The notes below the pieces were generated by a model. It was not told the DNA's origin, searched no databases, and saw nothing but the letters and a program-made list of their open reading frames with translations. Positions 28,167 to 36,938 of a stretch of 64,000 nt of DNA are shown here, piece after piece. Position numbers and translations under genes: made by a program. This DNA is from Thermoplasmata archaeon (GTDB lineage: Archaea; Thermoplasmatota; Thermoplasmata; Lutacidiplasmatales; UBA184). The DNA lies in assembly GCA_022750155.1 (NCBI GenBank), contig JAKIWG010000001.1:81138-145137 (forward strand). The letters are read 5' to 3'. Numbering within the stretch: position 1 is the stretch's first letter; every line of letters begins with the position of its first letter.

Positions 28167-28814
28167 GTGGTCCGCGAATCGGAGGGGGCCCGGGCGGTCG
28201 CGCTCGCCCGCGAGGCGATCGCCCATCACCTGACGGACCCCCACCCCGTCGAGCCCGGCGGCCGGGTCGTCCTCGCCGAGCTGCCCCCGCTGTTCCGGGA
28301 TCGCCGGGGAGTCTTCGTCACCCTGAAAAAGTGGCCGGGCGGGAATCTGCGCGGATGCATCGGCTTCCCGCTGCCCGTCTACCCCCTCGGGGTCGCGATT
28401 GCGCGGGCGGCGGTCGCGGCCGCCGTCGAGGACCCGCGCTTCCGTGCCGTCGTCCCCTCCGAGCTCGACCGTCTCACCGTCGAGGTCTCGGTATTGACTC
28501 CCCCCGAACCCCTGCCCGGGAGGGGCCGCGCGGATCGCATCGCCTCGGTCCAGGTCGGGCGAGACGGCCTGATCGTGGAGGGGGGTGGCGAGAGCGGACT
28601 CCTACTGCCCCAGGTCGCCGTGGAGTACGGGTGGGACCCCGAACGGTTCCTTCGCGAGACCTGCCGGAAGGCGGGCCTGCCTCCGACGGCCTGGCAGGAC
28701 CCGAACGTGGAGGTCCTGCGATTCCGTGCGGAGGTGTTCGCGGAGTCGAGGCCGGGCGGCCCCGTAGCTCCGGAGCCGACCGTCACGCCACCGACGGGGG
28801 ACGAGGTCGCATGA
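28167..28814 (+). CDS. AMMECR1 domain protein (TIGR00296-like)
   Basis: GVFVTL...LRGCIG, DPRF, EVSVLTPP, GRDGL, GLLLPQVAVE, C.KAGL; start re-called to GTG 28167. Confidence 0.92.
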   Translation: MVRESEGARAVALAREAIAHHLTDPHPVEPGGRVVLAELPPLFRDRRGVFVTLKKWPGGNLRGCIGFPLPVYPLGVAIARAAVAAAVEDPRFRAVVPSELDRLTVEVSVLTPPEPLPGRGRADRIASVQVGRDGLIVEGGGESGLLLPQVAVEYGWDPERFLRETCRKAGLPPTAWQDPNVEVLRFRAEVFAESRPGGPVAPEPTVTPPTGDEVA

Positions 28815-31755
28815 TCGCGGCCAGCGGTACGCCATCGATCTCCCAGCGGTGTACCTCGGGATCCTCCGGTGCTCCGGAGTCGCGGAGTTGCGCCGCGTCG
28901 GCGAGAAGCTCGGTCGCGAGCTGATCCTTCCCCTCCTCGAGCGCGGCCCACAGTTCGCCCTCCGCGAAGATGGTGAGCTCGACCCGGTCGGTGTACCCGA
29001 GCCTCAGTTCCTTGCGAAGCTGCTGGAGCCGGCGCATCGTCTCCCGCCGGAGTCCCTCTCGCCGCAGCTCCGCGGAAGGCGTACGGGAGAGCGCGGCCCG
29101 CACCTGGTCTCCCGCAGAGCGGACCACCCACTCGCCCTCCGAGAACCCCGACTCGGGGGTCTGTTCCAGCCGTTCGATCCGGCGGACGTTCAGTTCCTCG
29201 GCGAGGAGCGCATCCCCGTCGGTGCCGAGGGCCGGGAGTCCCGGGCCGACGAGGACGAGGGTCGCGAGGGGGATCCGCGACTTCACCCCGGCACGCTGCC
29301 TCAGTTCACGCCCCACCTCGACGAGGTCGCGCAGTTCGGCCATCCCGACCTCGAGCGCGGGGTCGCGCCGTCCGGTGGGGGTCGGCCACGGCATGCCGTG
29401 CACGCTCTCGGAACCGACCGAGAATCCGTGCTCCCGCAACGTCTGGTAGGTGAACTCGGCGGTGAACGGGGCGAGCGGCGCCAGGAGCCGGGCGGTCGTG
29501 TCCAGGGCGAAGGCGAGCGTATCGTGGGCGTCCCGACGGTCCCGCGCATCCGCATCCGACCAGAAGCGGGGCCGCGACCGGCGGAGGTACCACGTGGACA
29601 GGTCGTCGACGAACGCACGCAGACTGACGGCGCCGCGGCGTGGTTCGAACCCCTCGAGCGAAGCGGTGACCTCCTCGATCGTCCCGTCGAGGCGGGAGAG
29701 CAGCCACCGGTCGAGCAGGGCCCGCGGGGAAGGGGGCACCTGCGGGTTCGGCAATCGGTCGGCGAGCGCGTTCTGTCGGTGAAACTCGAGGACGTTGAGG
29801 AACGTCTGGGGGATGCGGCCCCCCGTCTTGGCGATCGAGACGTCGGAGACCTTCAGGGGCTCTGTGTAGTCGCTCAGCAGGAACGCAAGGCGCACGACGT
29901 CGGCGCCGGCCCGCTCCAGCAGCCCCAGGGGCTCGACGGCGTTCCCGCGGGATTTGGACATCTTCAGGCCGGATTCGTCGAGCACGAGCCCGTTGCTGAT
30001 GCAGACCCGGTAGGCCGGCCGGTGGAACAGGGTCGTAGCGAGCACGAGGAGGGTGTAGAACCAACCGCGGGTCTGGTCGAGCCCCTCGGCGATGTAATCG
30101 AGGGGGGCGTCCGGGTCGAACGGGCCGGGCTCGAACGGGTAGTGGAACTGGGCGAACGGGGCGCACCCGCTGTCGAACCACCCGTCGATCGTGTACGGCT
30201 CCCGGCGGCTCGTCTCCCGGCACGTCGGACAGGGGAACTGGATCGCATCGACCGTCATGCGGTGCGGGTCGAGCGGGGTGGGAAGCTTCTGCCCGCTCAG
30301 GGTCTCGAGCTCGGCGAAGCTCCCCACGCAGGTGGCGTGCCGGTTCGGACAGAGCCAGAGGGGGAGCGGGGTCCCCCAGTAGCGGTTACGCGAGAGCGCC
30401 CAGTCCTTCGCCTCGTCGAGGAAGTTGCCGAATCGTCCGTCCCGGAGGTGGGATGGGTTCCACTGTACCCGTTGGTTGTTCGCCACGAGCTCCGGCACGA
30501 CGCGCGACGTCCGCACGAACCAGGAGTCGATCGCGCGGTAGATGAGGGGGTTCGAGCACCTCCAGCAGAACGGGTAGGTGTGCGAGACCTTCCCGGAAGA
30601 GTGGAGCCGGCCGGCCCCGTGCAGTTCGGCCAGCAGGAGCGCGTCGGCCGCCTTGAAGCCCTTCCCCGCCACCGGCGGGACCATGGCGGTGAACACCCCT
30701 CGGCTGTCGAGCGGGTCGAACACCCCGACCCCTTCGCGCGCGCCGATCCGCTGGTCCTCGATCCCGAAGCTGGGGGCGATATGGACGAACCCGGTTCCCT
30801 CCGATGCATCGACCATCGCGTCGAGGACGACGCGGTATCGCCCGGGTCCCGGGCCCGCGTAGGGGAACGGAGGGAGGTATGCCCATCCCTTCAGCTCGGA
30901 GCCCAGGCGACGCCCCCGGACCGGGGTCCCTGCCGGGAAGTAGCGGGAGAGGGCCGGCTCCGCGACCCACAGGTCGCTTCCGTCCTCGGCGGGGACCGCC
31001 ACGTACGCCAGCTCTTTGCGGGCCGCGATGAGCAGGTTCGAGGGGAGGGTCCACGGGGTGGTCGTCCAGACGAGGAGGCTCGCGGGCCGCCCGTCGGGAG
31101 GCTCGACGAGCGGAAAGCGGACGGTGACCGACGGGTCGGTCGTCTCGCGGTATCCCTGCGCCACCTCGTGGGAGGAGAGCGGGGTCTCGCACCGCGGGCA
31201 GTACGGGAGGACGTAGTGGCCCTTCTCGAGCAGCCCCCGGTCGAAGAGGGTGCGTAGCGCCCACCAGACGCTCTCGATGTAGGCCGGGCTCATCGTGTAG
31301 TACGCATGCTCGTAGTCGAGCCAGTAGCCGAGCCGGCGGCTCATCTCCTGCCAGACTGCGGCCACCTCGAGGGCGCCGGATCGGCATTCCTCACAGAACT
31401 TCGCGACGCCGTAGGCCTCGATCTCCTTCTTCGATTTCAGCCCGTGCTTCTTCTCGATCTCGAGCTCCACCGGCAGCCCGTGGCAGTCCCAGCCGGCCAT
31501 CGGGCTCACGATACGGAACCCGCGCATCCGGCGGTACCTCAGCTCGACATCCTTCAGGGCCCGCGCCACGAGGTGTCCGAGGTGGGGCGCCCCGTTCGCC
31601 GTGGGGGGTCCCTCGGTGAACCGGAAGATCGGCCCGTCCGCCGACCCGGCTTGCAGGCGCTGGGCGGTGCCGGAGGCGTCCCAGTAGGCGAGTACGCGCC
31701 GCTGGACCTCCACGGCCGGTGCGATGCCGGAGGGTTCGGCCTCCTCGGCGGACAT
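28783..31755 (-). CDS. ileS: Isoleucine--tRNA ligase
   Basis: EGPPTANG.PHLGH, GWDCHGLPVE, WTTTPWTLP, GTGFVHIAP, WALSRNRYWGTP, EGLDQTRGWFY, KMSKS; start re-called to ATG 31755. Confidence 0.96.
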   Translation of the reverse strand: MSAEEAEPSGIAPAVEVQRRVLAYWDASGTAQRLQAGSADGPIFRFTEGPPTANGAPHLGHLVARALKDVELRYRRMRGFRIVSPMAGWDCHGLPVELEIEKKHGLKSKKEIEAYGVAKFCEECRSGALEVAAVWQEMSRRLGYWLDYEHAYYTMSPAYIESVWWALRTLFDRGLLEKGHYVLPYCPRCETPLSSHEVAQGYRETTDPSVTVRFPLVEPPDGRPASLLVWTTTPWTLPSNLLIAARKELAYVAVPAEDGSDLWVAEPALSRYFPAGTPVRGRRLGSELKGWAYLPPFPYAGPGPGRYRVVLDAMVDASEGTGFVHIAPSFGIEDQRIGAREGVGVFDPLDSRGVFTAMVPPVAGKGFKAADALLLAELHGAGRLHSSGKVSHTYPFCWRCSNPLIYRAIDSWFVRTSRVVPELVANNQRVQWNPSHLRDGRFGNFLDEAKDWALSRNRYWGTPLPLWLCPNRHATCVGSFAELETLSGQKLPTPLDPHRMTVDAIQFPCPTCRETSRREPYTIDGWFDSGCAPFAQFHYPFEPGPFDPDAPLDYIAEGLDQTRGWFYTLLVLATTLFHRPAYRVCISNGLVLDESGLKMSKSRGNAVEPLGLLERAGADVVRLAFLLSDYTEPLKVSDVSIAKTGGRIPQTFLNVLEFHRQNALADRLPNPQVPPSPRALLDRWLLSRLDGTIEEVTASLEGFEPRRGAVSLRAFVDDLSTWYLRRSRPRFWSDADARDRRDAHDTLAFALDTTARLLAPLAPFTAEFTYQTLREHGFSVGSESVHGMPWPTPTGRRDPALEVGMAELRDLVEVGRELRQRAGVKSRIPLATLVLVGPGLPALGTDGDALLAEELNVRRIERLEQTPESGFSEGEWVVRSAGDQVRAALSRTPSAELRREGLRRETMRRLQQLRKELRLGYTDRVELTIFAEGELWAALEEGKDQLATELLADAAQLRDSGAPEDPEVHRWEIDGVPLAAIMRPRPPSVA

Positions 31756-31814
31756 CGAGCCTCCGACGCGGGCGACGCTGATAACGTGACCGAGCCCGGG
31801 GGGATTTCCCGGCG

Positions 31815-32642
31815 CTATCGGAACTTCCCCGGAGGTCGCTCGAACGTCGCCTCGGGGCCGACATACGAGGAGCGGTGGCGTTCGACGACCGTCCCGTCGA
31901 CCCGCGCGATGTGGCAACCCGGGCCGAGGAATACCTTCTCGGCGCGGACGTACTCGCATTGCACGGATTCGAGGTGGACCTCGCGCGCCTCGATCCGCAA
32001 CGCCTGCAATCGGTCGGCCGAGCCGCCCAGGCCCCCCGGGCGCCGCAGCGCGATCGAGTCGCACAGGATCGAGCCGACGGCGCTCGCGGAGCGCAACCGT
32101 CCCTCGATCGAGCCGGCCCGCAACGTCCCCGGGATGCGCAGGGTCCCATCGAACGCGAATACCCCCTGGACGGTGACGTCGGCGTCGGTTTCCATGCGGC
32201 CGTCGAGGCGGGCGGTTCGCCCTACCCCCACCGGACCCTGGACCTTCAAGCGGCCCCGGACCACCAGTTCGCCGCAACGGAGCCCGGCCAGCAGCCGCGA
32301 ATCACCGGCGAGTCGCAGCGCCCCTTGAACCTCGACCCGACCGAACACCTCGGCGTCGGCCTCCGAGGAGAACTCCTCGGCGTTGATCGTGCCCCGGACG
32401 GAGAGCGGGCCGACGACCCGGCCCGAGCCGAGGTCCACGTCCCCGAGGACCTTCGCCCCGGCGTGGGCGATCCACCGGGCACTCCGGACCGAGTCACGAC
32501 GGACCGGCCCGCGGTCCTCGATCGGATTGGGGCGAGGCGTCGCCGCGGCGGGCGGAGCGGAGGTCGGGGCCATCTGGACGGGCGGGACCGGGAGGGACCC
32601 CTGGCCCGCGGGCACCGGAGCTACGGGCGAAACGGCGGCCAC
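31815..32642 (-). CDS. Bactofilin-like polymer-forming beta-helix protein
   Basis: Pro-rich N-terminal tail, repeated V.G.L/V.G.V beta-helix rungs, C-terminal IEAREVHLE...VRAEKVFLGPGCHI..VDG. Confidence 0.72.
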   Translation of the reverse strand: MAAVSPVAPVPAGQGSLPVPPVQMAPTSAPPAAATPRPNPIEDRGPVRRDSVRSARWIAHAGAKVLGDVDLGSGRVVGPLSVRGTINAEEFSSEADAEVFGRVEVQGALRLAGDSRLLAGLRCGELVVRGRLKVQGPVGVGRTARLDGRMETDADVTVQGVFAFDGTLRIPGTLRAGSIEGRLRSASAVGSILCDSIALRRPGGLGGSADRLQALRIEAREVHLESVQCEYVRAEKVFLGPGCHIARVDGTVVERHRSSYVGPEATFERPPGKFR

Positions 32643-32648
32643 CGAAAT

Positions 32649-33098
32649 TCACCCCGGCGTCGCGCGGGACTGGGCCGGGCGGGCAGCGATCCCGTGGCGA
32701 CGATGTTCGATCTTCATGCAGAGGTTCTGGAACACGGGAACTCCCGCCCTCTCCGCGGCGGATGCCCCCGATGGGCTCTCGACCCCGAGCTGCATCCAGA
32801 TCGCACCGACCCCGCGCGCGAGCGCCTCCTCCACCACGGGGGGAACGTCCTCACTGCGACGGAAAATGTCCACGATGTCGATGTGGACGTCCGCGGGGAT
32901 GGCCGAGATCGACGGGTACGCCGTCTCGCCGAGCACATCGCGGAGCCGCGGGTTCACGGGAACGACGCGGTAGCCCTGGGATTGGAGGTACCGGGCCACA
33001 TCGTTCGAGTCCCGGTCCGGCTTGTCGGAGAGCCCCACGACGGCGATCGTCCGGGCGGACTCCAGCACCCTGCGGATCTCCTTCGGGTCCGATGGCAT
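32649..33098 (-). CDS. CoA-binding domain protein (YccU-like)
   Basis: TIAVVGLS.KPDR.S, GY.VVPVNP, VDIFR, IWMQLG, C.KIEH. Confidence 0.92.
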   Translation of the reverse strand: MPSDPKEIRRVLESARTIAVVGLSDKPDRDSNDVARYLQSQGYRVVPVNPRLRDVLGETAYPSISAIPADVHIDIVDIFRRSEDVPPVVEEALARGVGAIWMQLGVESPSGASAAERAGVPVFQNLCMKIEHRRHGIAARPAQSRATPG

Positions 33099-33197
33099 CG
33101 GGGGCCGGACCCGGGCGAGTTACATGAGGGCTCCGCCCAGCTTCCCCCGTCGCGCGGCCGCTCCCCCGGGGCGAACGGCTCCTAGCGGTGAGCGGCT

Positions 33198-33491
33198 TCA
33201 GACGTACTTCTGGTCCGTGTAGCAGTACCAGCGGTTGTACTGGGCCACCCAGGTGGCCGGCTTGCCGCAGGTCGGGCAGTTCACGGGGGCGGCGGCCATG
33301 GGCGCGGGAGCGGCGACCGGGGCCATCGGCTGCTGGGGCATGGCGTAGCCCGCGGGCACCATCGTCTGGACCGGTACCTTCGGGCGCGTGAAGTAGTAGA
33401 TGATGGCGGCCGGCCAACAGACGATCACCAGGAGGATCAGCAGCCAGAGCGTGAACTGGCGCTTGTACTCCACGGTCCCCGGGTATCCCAT
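33198..33491 (-). CDS. Small single-TM protein with C-terminal zinc ribbon
   Basis: TM, Pro/Ala linker, CPTCGKPATWVAQYNRWYCYTD; start re-called to ATG 33491. Confidence 0.75.
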   Translation of the reverse strand: MGYPGTVEYKRQFTLWLLILLVIVCWPAAIIYYFTRPKVPVQTMVPAGYAMPQQPMAPVAAPAPMAAAPVNCPTCGKPATWVAQYNRWYCYTDQKYV

Positions 33492-33540
33492 GCCCTTTGG
33501 TATGCGAGCATCTATTTGAATGCTCACGTTTCCGAGACGT

Positions 33541-34053
33541 GTGACGGTGGGACCTCCCGGACCGCCACTTCCGACCGGTCGGAGCTTTCTGCTCTCCCAC
33601 CACCTGCCGGGGCACTACGACCGGACGATCTCCGTGCCCGGGACCCGGGGCTCGGTCCACCTGTGCACCCGCTGCACGGGGCAGGCCCTGGGCGGGCTGG
33701 GCTACCTGGTCGTGCTCCTGACGGGAGCGTTGGCGATCGGGGTCCTGCTCGAGCCCCGGGTCCAGGTTCTCTGGGCGGTCGCGCCGTTGCCCGCCGCGGC
33801 CGATTGGTTGCGGCAGAGCGTGCGGGGCGGCGAATCGACGAACGCCCGGAGGCTCCTCACCGGCGGGTTGTTGGGCGCGGCCCTGTTCGACGTCCTCCTG
33901 CTGGCAGCGACCCGACAATGGTCCGACCTGCTGATCGCGGCCGCGGTGTTCCTCGCCTATGGGCTCGCGGTCGCGGCCGTGCTCTTTGCGAGCGGTGCGT
34001 GGCGACGGGTGCTGGAAGAGCACCTTCCTGGGATCGCCCTCCCCCCCTCGTAG
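33541..34053 (+). CDS. DUF2085-like membrane protein
   Basis: H...RT...LCTRCTG, P.AAD..Q, STN.RRL.TG.L.G; start approximate. Confidence 0.7.
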   Translation: MTVGPPGPPLPTGRSFLLSHHLPGHYDRTISVPGTRGSVHLCTRCTGQALGGLGYLVVLLTGALAIGVLLEPRVQVLWAVAPLPAAADWLRQSVRGGESTNARRLLTGGLLGAALFDVLLLAATRQWSDLLIAAAVFLAYGLAVAAVLFASGAWRRVLEEHLPGIALPPS

Positions 34054-34061
34054 ACGGCGCG

Positions 34062-36938
34062 TCACCCGGAGGGCGTGGTCCCCCCATCGTCATCGCCCGA
34101 CGGGGGGCGGCGTCGGATGACCACGACCGCGATGACGGTGGCGGCCGCGACGCACGCCGTCGCACCGACCACCAGCAGGACGGGGAACGGGGTGGCCGCC
34201 GTCGTGACGGTCACCCCCGTGCCGGGATGTCCCTCGCCGGCCGAGTTCACCGCGCTGACCGCGAAGCGGTACGTAGCCCCGGGGGAGAGGCCGTCGACCG
34301 CCCCCTGGGTGACGTCGCCCAGGTGGAAGAGCCCGCTGCCCGGACCACCGGTCACGTTGACGGTGTAGGCCGTCACCGGGGCACCGTCGTCGACCGTGGG
34401 AGCGGTCCAGGCGAGGTCCACGACCGTCGACCCCGCGAGCGTCGCCGAGAGGTTGGTGGTCGGAAACGGCACCCCCGCCGCCGTGGCCACCACCCCCACC
34501 GACTCGGGGCCGGTGCCATCGACGGAGGTGGCCGAGGCCCGCACGAGGTACGGCTCCCCGTTGGTGAGGCCGGTGAGGGCGAACGGCGAGGAGTTCCGGA
34601 GGTACGCGGAGCGGTTCTCTCCTCCGATGGGACCGATGCTGATGGTGTAGGTGGTAGCCGCGGACGCCCCGGGGGAGGAGGGAGCTCCCCAGCTGATCGA
34701 AAGGGTACTGTTCCCCGGCGACGCCGAAAGGGCGGTGGGGGGAGAGGGCGCCGCCAGGATTCCCAGCAGATCGCCGGCGCCTCCGTCGAGCTCGGGCGCG
34801 ACGACGACCCCCCGCGCCGGGTCGAAGAGGAGTCCTCCGGAGGGCGCGCGCAGGGGGAGGACCCCGGCAAAGGAGCGGTTCGAGAGCGTGAACACAGAGA
34901 GGCCGGCGGCGGGTCCTCCGGAGGTCAGGAGGAGCCCGTCGCGGTCGTCGACGGTGAGCACCGTCGCGCGTCCGGGGAGGTTCACCCCGGGGGCCTCGAA
35001 GACGGACGATGCCGAAATCTGGAGGATCGCCACGTGGGTGCCCGTCCCGTCCAGCACGAAGACGTCGCCGGACAGGTTGACCGAAAGCGCCGAAGGGTTC
35101 GGACCGACCGACGTCGCCCCGATCCGGCCGAGGGAGCCCCCGCTCACCTGCGTGACGTTCCCGGCCCCGCCGCAGTTCGAGACGAACGCCGAGTCCAACG
35201 GGGGGTCGGCCGCCAGGGCGCAGACGACTACGCCGGGGACCGGGACGGTCCCCAGGACGGATCCGCCCGGGAGGGCGAGGACCGAGACCGAGTGGGCGGA
35301 CGGGTCGGCCAGGTAGAGCCGATGGTGCGCCGGATCGACGGAGAGCAGCATTCCGGGGATCGCCCCCACGGTGAGCGGGTGGAACCGGGTGATCAGGGTC
35401 CCGTTCCCGCTCTCGTAGACATCGACCGCCCCCGAAGACTCGTCGGCGAGGTAGGCCCGGCCCGTGGTCGGGTCGACCGAGAGGCTGCTGGGGCTCTCGC
35501 CCGATGGGAGCGGCACGACGTACGCCGTCGAGCCGGTGGTCTCGTTGACCCCCCAGAGCTCGCCGGGCGAGCGGCCCAGGAGGACGGCGATCCCCGTCGT
35601 GGGGTCGACCCCGACCCCCGCGAACGAGGCCGGGAAGGAGGAGTACGTCGCGAGGGGAGCGAGCGTCGGGACGGAGAACGAGCGCGTGGTGCCGTTCCCC
35701 GGCCCGCCCGCGACGACGAGCGCGTGGACGGCGTCCACGGCGAGGGTCTTGAACGGGTGGGCGGCGCCCGGCGTTCCGGCGGAGGAGGCGATGCGGGCCC
35801 CGGTCGTCGCGTTGTACGTGGAGAGCTGCTCGGAGCCGTTGACATCGCTCGTGACGAGCACGTTGTCGATCGGGTCGAAGATCATCGCCGCCTCGCGGGG
35901 CTCGATCCCCGGGACGTTCGCCACGATCTGGTCGCTCGCGAGGTCGACCTTCAGGAGCGTGCCGTTCGCCTGGTTGAACGTGTAATTCTCGACCCAGAGC
36001 ATCCCGGAGCGCGAGTCGAACGCGGCCCAGGCCATGATCGTGGTCGGGGGCCCGGTGATGGTGGCGGCCACCGAGTCGTTCTGGGTGCTCACGACCACGA
36101 GCTGCTCCTGGCAGGTGGGGATGATCAGGTCGTGGAGCGACGGGATGTCGAGCAGACCGTAGCCGTGGTCCGCGCACTGCATCACCCCGCAGTCGATGTA
36201 CGTCCTCAGGGCACCGGCGGCGATGTCGATCGCCGCGACGGTCCCCCCGCTCGCGTTCTCGACGAACAGTTGGCGGGTGGCTCCGTCGAACGCCATGAAG
36301 CTCGGCTCGAACGGCGGGGTGGGGTACGTCGGGAACGTGAAGTTGGTCTCGATCGACAGCGTGGCTGCGTTGAGCGCGAGGACCCATCCGGAGGGGGCGG
36401 CGCCGGCGATCCCCGCGTAGCGGTTCGACACCGACACGTAGAGGCTGCCGTTCGGCGCGTCCAGGGCGAGCGCGAAGGGGAAGGAACCGGAAAGGACGTT
36501 GGCGACGACGATCGAGTGAAGGAGGGTTCCGTTGACCTCGCCGAAGGAGGTCACCGTACCGGCGTTGGTGTTCGCGGCGTAGACCGTCCGGGTCGCCGGG
36601 TCGACGGCGAGCCCCGAAACGGAGTTGACGACGCCGTTCAATGCAATGGTCGGCGCAGTGAAGAACCGGCCGCCGACGGGCCCCGAGTTGGAGGGGGCCT
36701 CGATGATCGCGGGTGGGGGGCTTGCCCCCGTCGGGGCCGCCGGAACGAGGGATGTGATTCGCTCCGCAGCCTTCGCCGTCCCTCCCGACGGCAGCCACCC
36801 GGGGGCGAGCACGATTAGGGCGAGGCCGATGACCGCCACGGCGACCCCGCGTCGCGGAGGGGCTTCGAGGCCGAAAGCGAGTCGGACACGCGCTCGGGGG
36901 GCGGGCCTACTCGAAGTGTCCGACCGAACTGCCACCAT
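34062..36938 (-). CDS. Surface protein: YVTN/YncE-like beta-propellers + two FN3 domains + C-terminal TM
   Basis: Repeated (L/V)AVDP....Y.A blades; PSPPTALSA..W.AP...Y and T.LSA..W.AP..DGAPVT.Y FN3 motifs; TM followed by RRR. Confidence 0.82.
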   Translation of the reverse strand: MVAVRSDTSSRPAPRARVRLAFGLEAPPRRGVAVAVIGLALIVLAPGWLPSGGTAKAAERITSLVPAAPTGASPPPAIIEAPSNSGPVGGRFFTAPTIALNGVVNSVSGLAVDPATRTVYAANTNAGTVTSFGEVNGTLLHSIVVANVLSGSFPFALALDAPNGSLYVSVSNRYAGIAGAAPSGWVLALNAATLSIETNFTFPTYPTPPFEPSFMAFDGATRQLFVENASGGTVAAIDIAAGALRTYIDCGVMQCADHGYGLLDIPSLHDLIIPTCQEQLVVVSTQNDSVAATITGPPTTIMAWAAFDSRSGMLWVENYTFNQANGTLLKVDLASDQIVANVPGIEPREAAMIFDPIDNVLVTSDVNGSEQLSTYNATTGARIASSAGTPGAAHPFKTLAVDAVHALVVAGGPGNGTTRSFSVPTLAPLATYSSFPASFAGVGVDPTTGIAVLLGRSPGELWGVNETTGSTAYVVPLPSGESPSSLSVDPTTGRAYLADESSGAVDVYESGNGTLITRFHPLTVGAIPGMLLSVDPAHHRLYLADPSAHSVSVLALPGGSVLGTVPVPGVVVCALAADPPLDSAFVSNCGGAGNVTQVSGGSLGRIGATSVGPNPSALSVNLSGDVFVLDGTGTHVAILQISASSVFEAPGVNLPGRATVLTVDDRDGLLLTSGGPAAGLSVFTLSNRSFAGVLPLRAPSGGLLFDPARGVVVAPELDGGAGDLLGILAAPSPPTALSASPGNSTLSISWGAPSSPGASAATTYTISIGPIGGENRSAYLRNSSPFALTGLTNGEPYLVRASATSVDGTGPESVGVVATAAGVPFPTTNLSATLAGSTVVDLAWTAPTVDDGAPVTAYTVNVTGGPGSGLFHLGDVTQGAVDGLSPGATYRFAVSAVNSAGEGHPGTGVTVTTAATPFPVLLVVGATACVAAATVIAVVVIRRRPPSGDDDGGTTPSG

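Noticed and set aside
28783..28814. 32-nt convergent overlaps (AMMECR1/ileS; also ETF/pcc1 at 42085-42116)
   Set aside because: They involve only low-complexity C-terminal tails, which is ordinary for compact high-GC genomes.
28849..36818. Very long alternative-frame ORFs (e.g. 28849-31257, 33516-36818; also 2302-4614, 39164-41728)
   Set aside because: Antisense or shifted shadows of clear genes, typical of high-GC DNA; low-complexity R/G/P translations.
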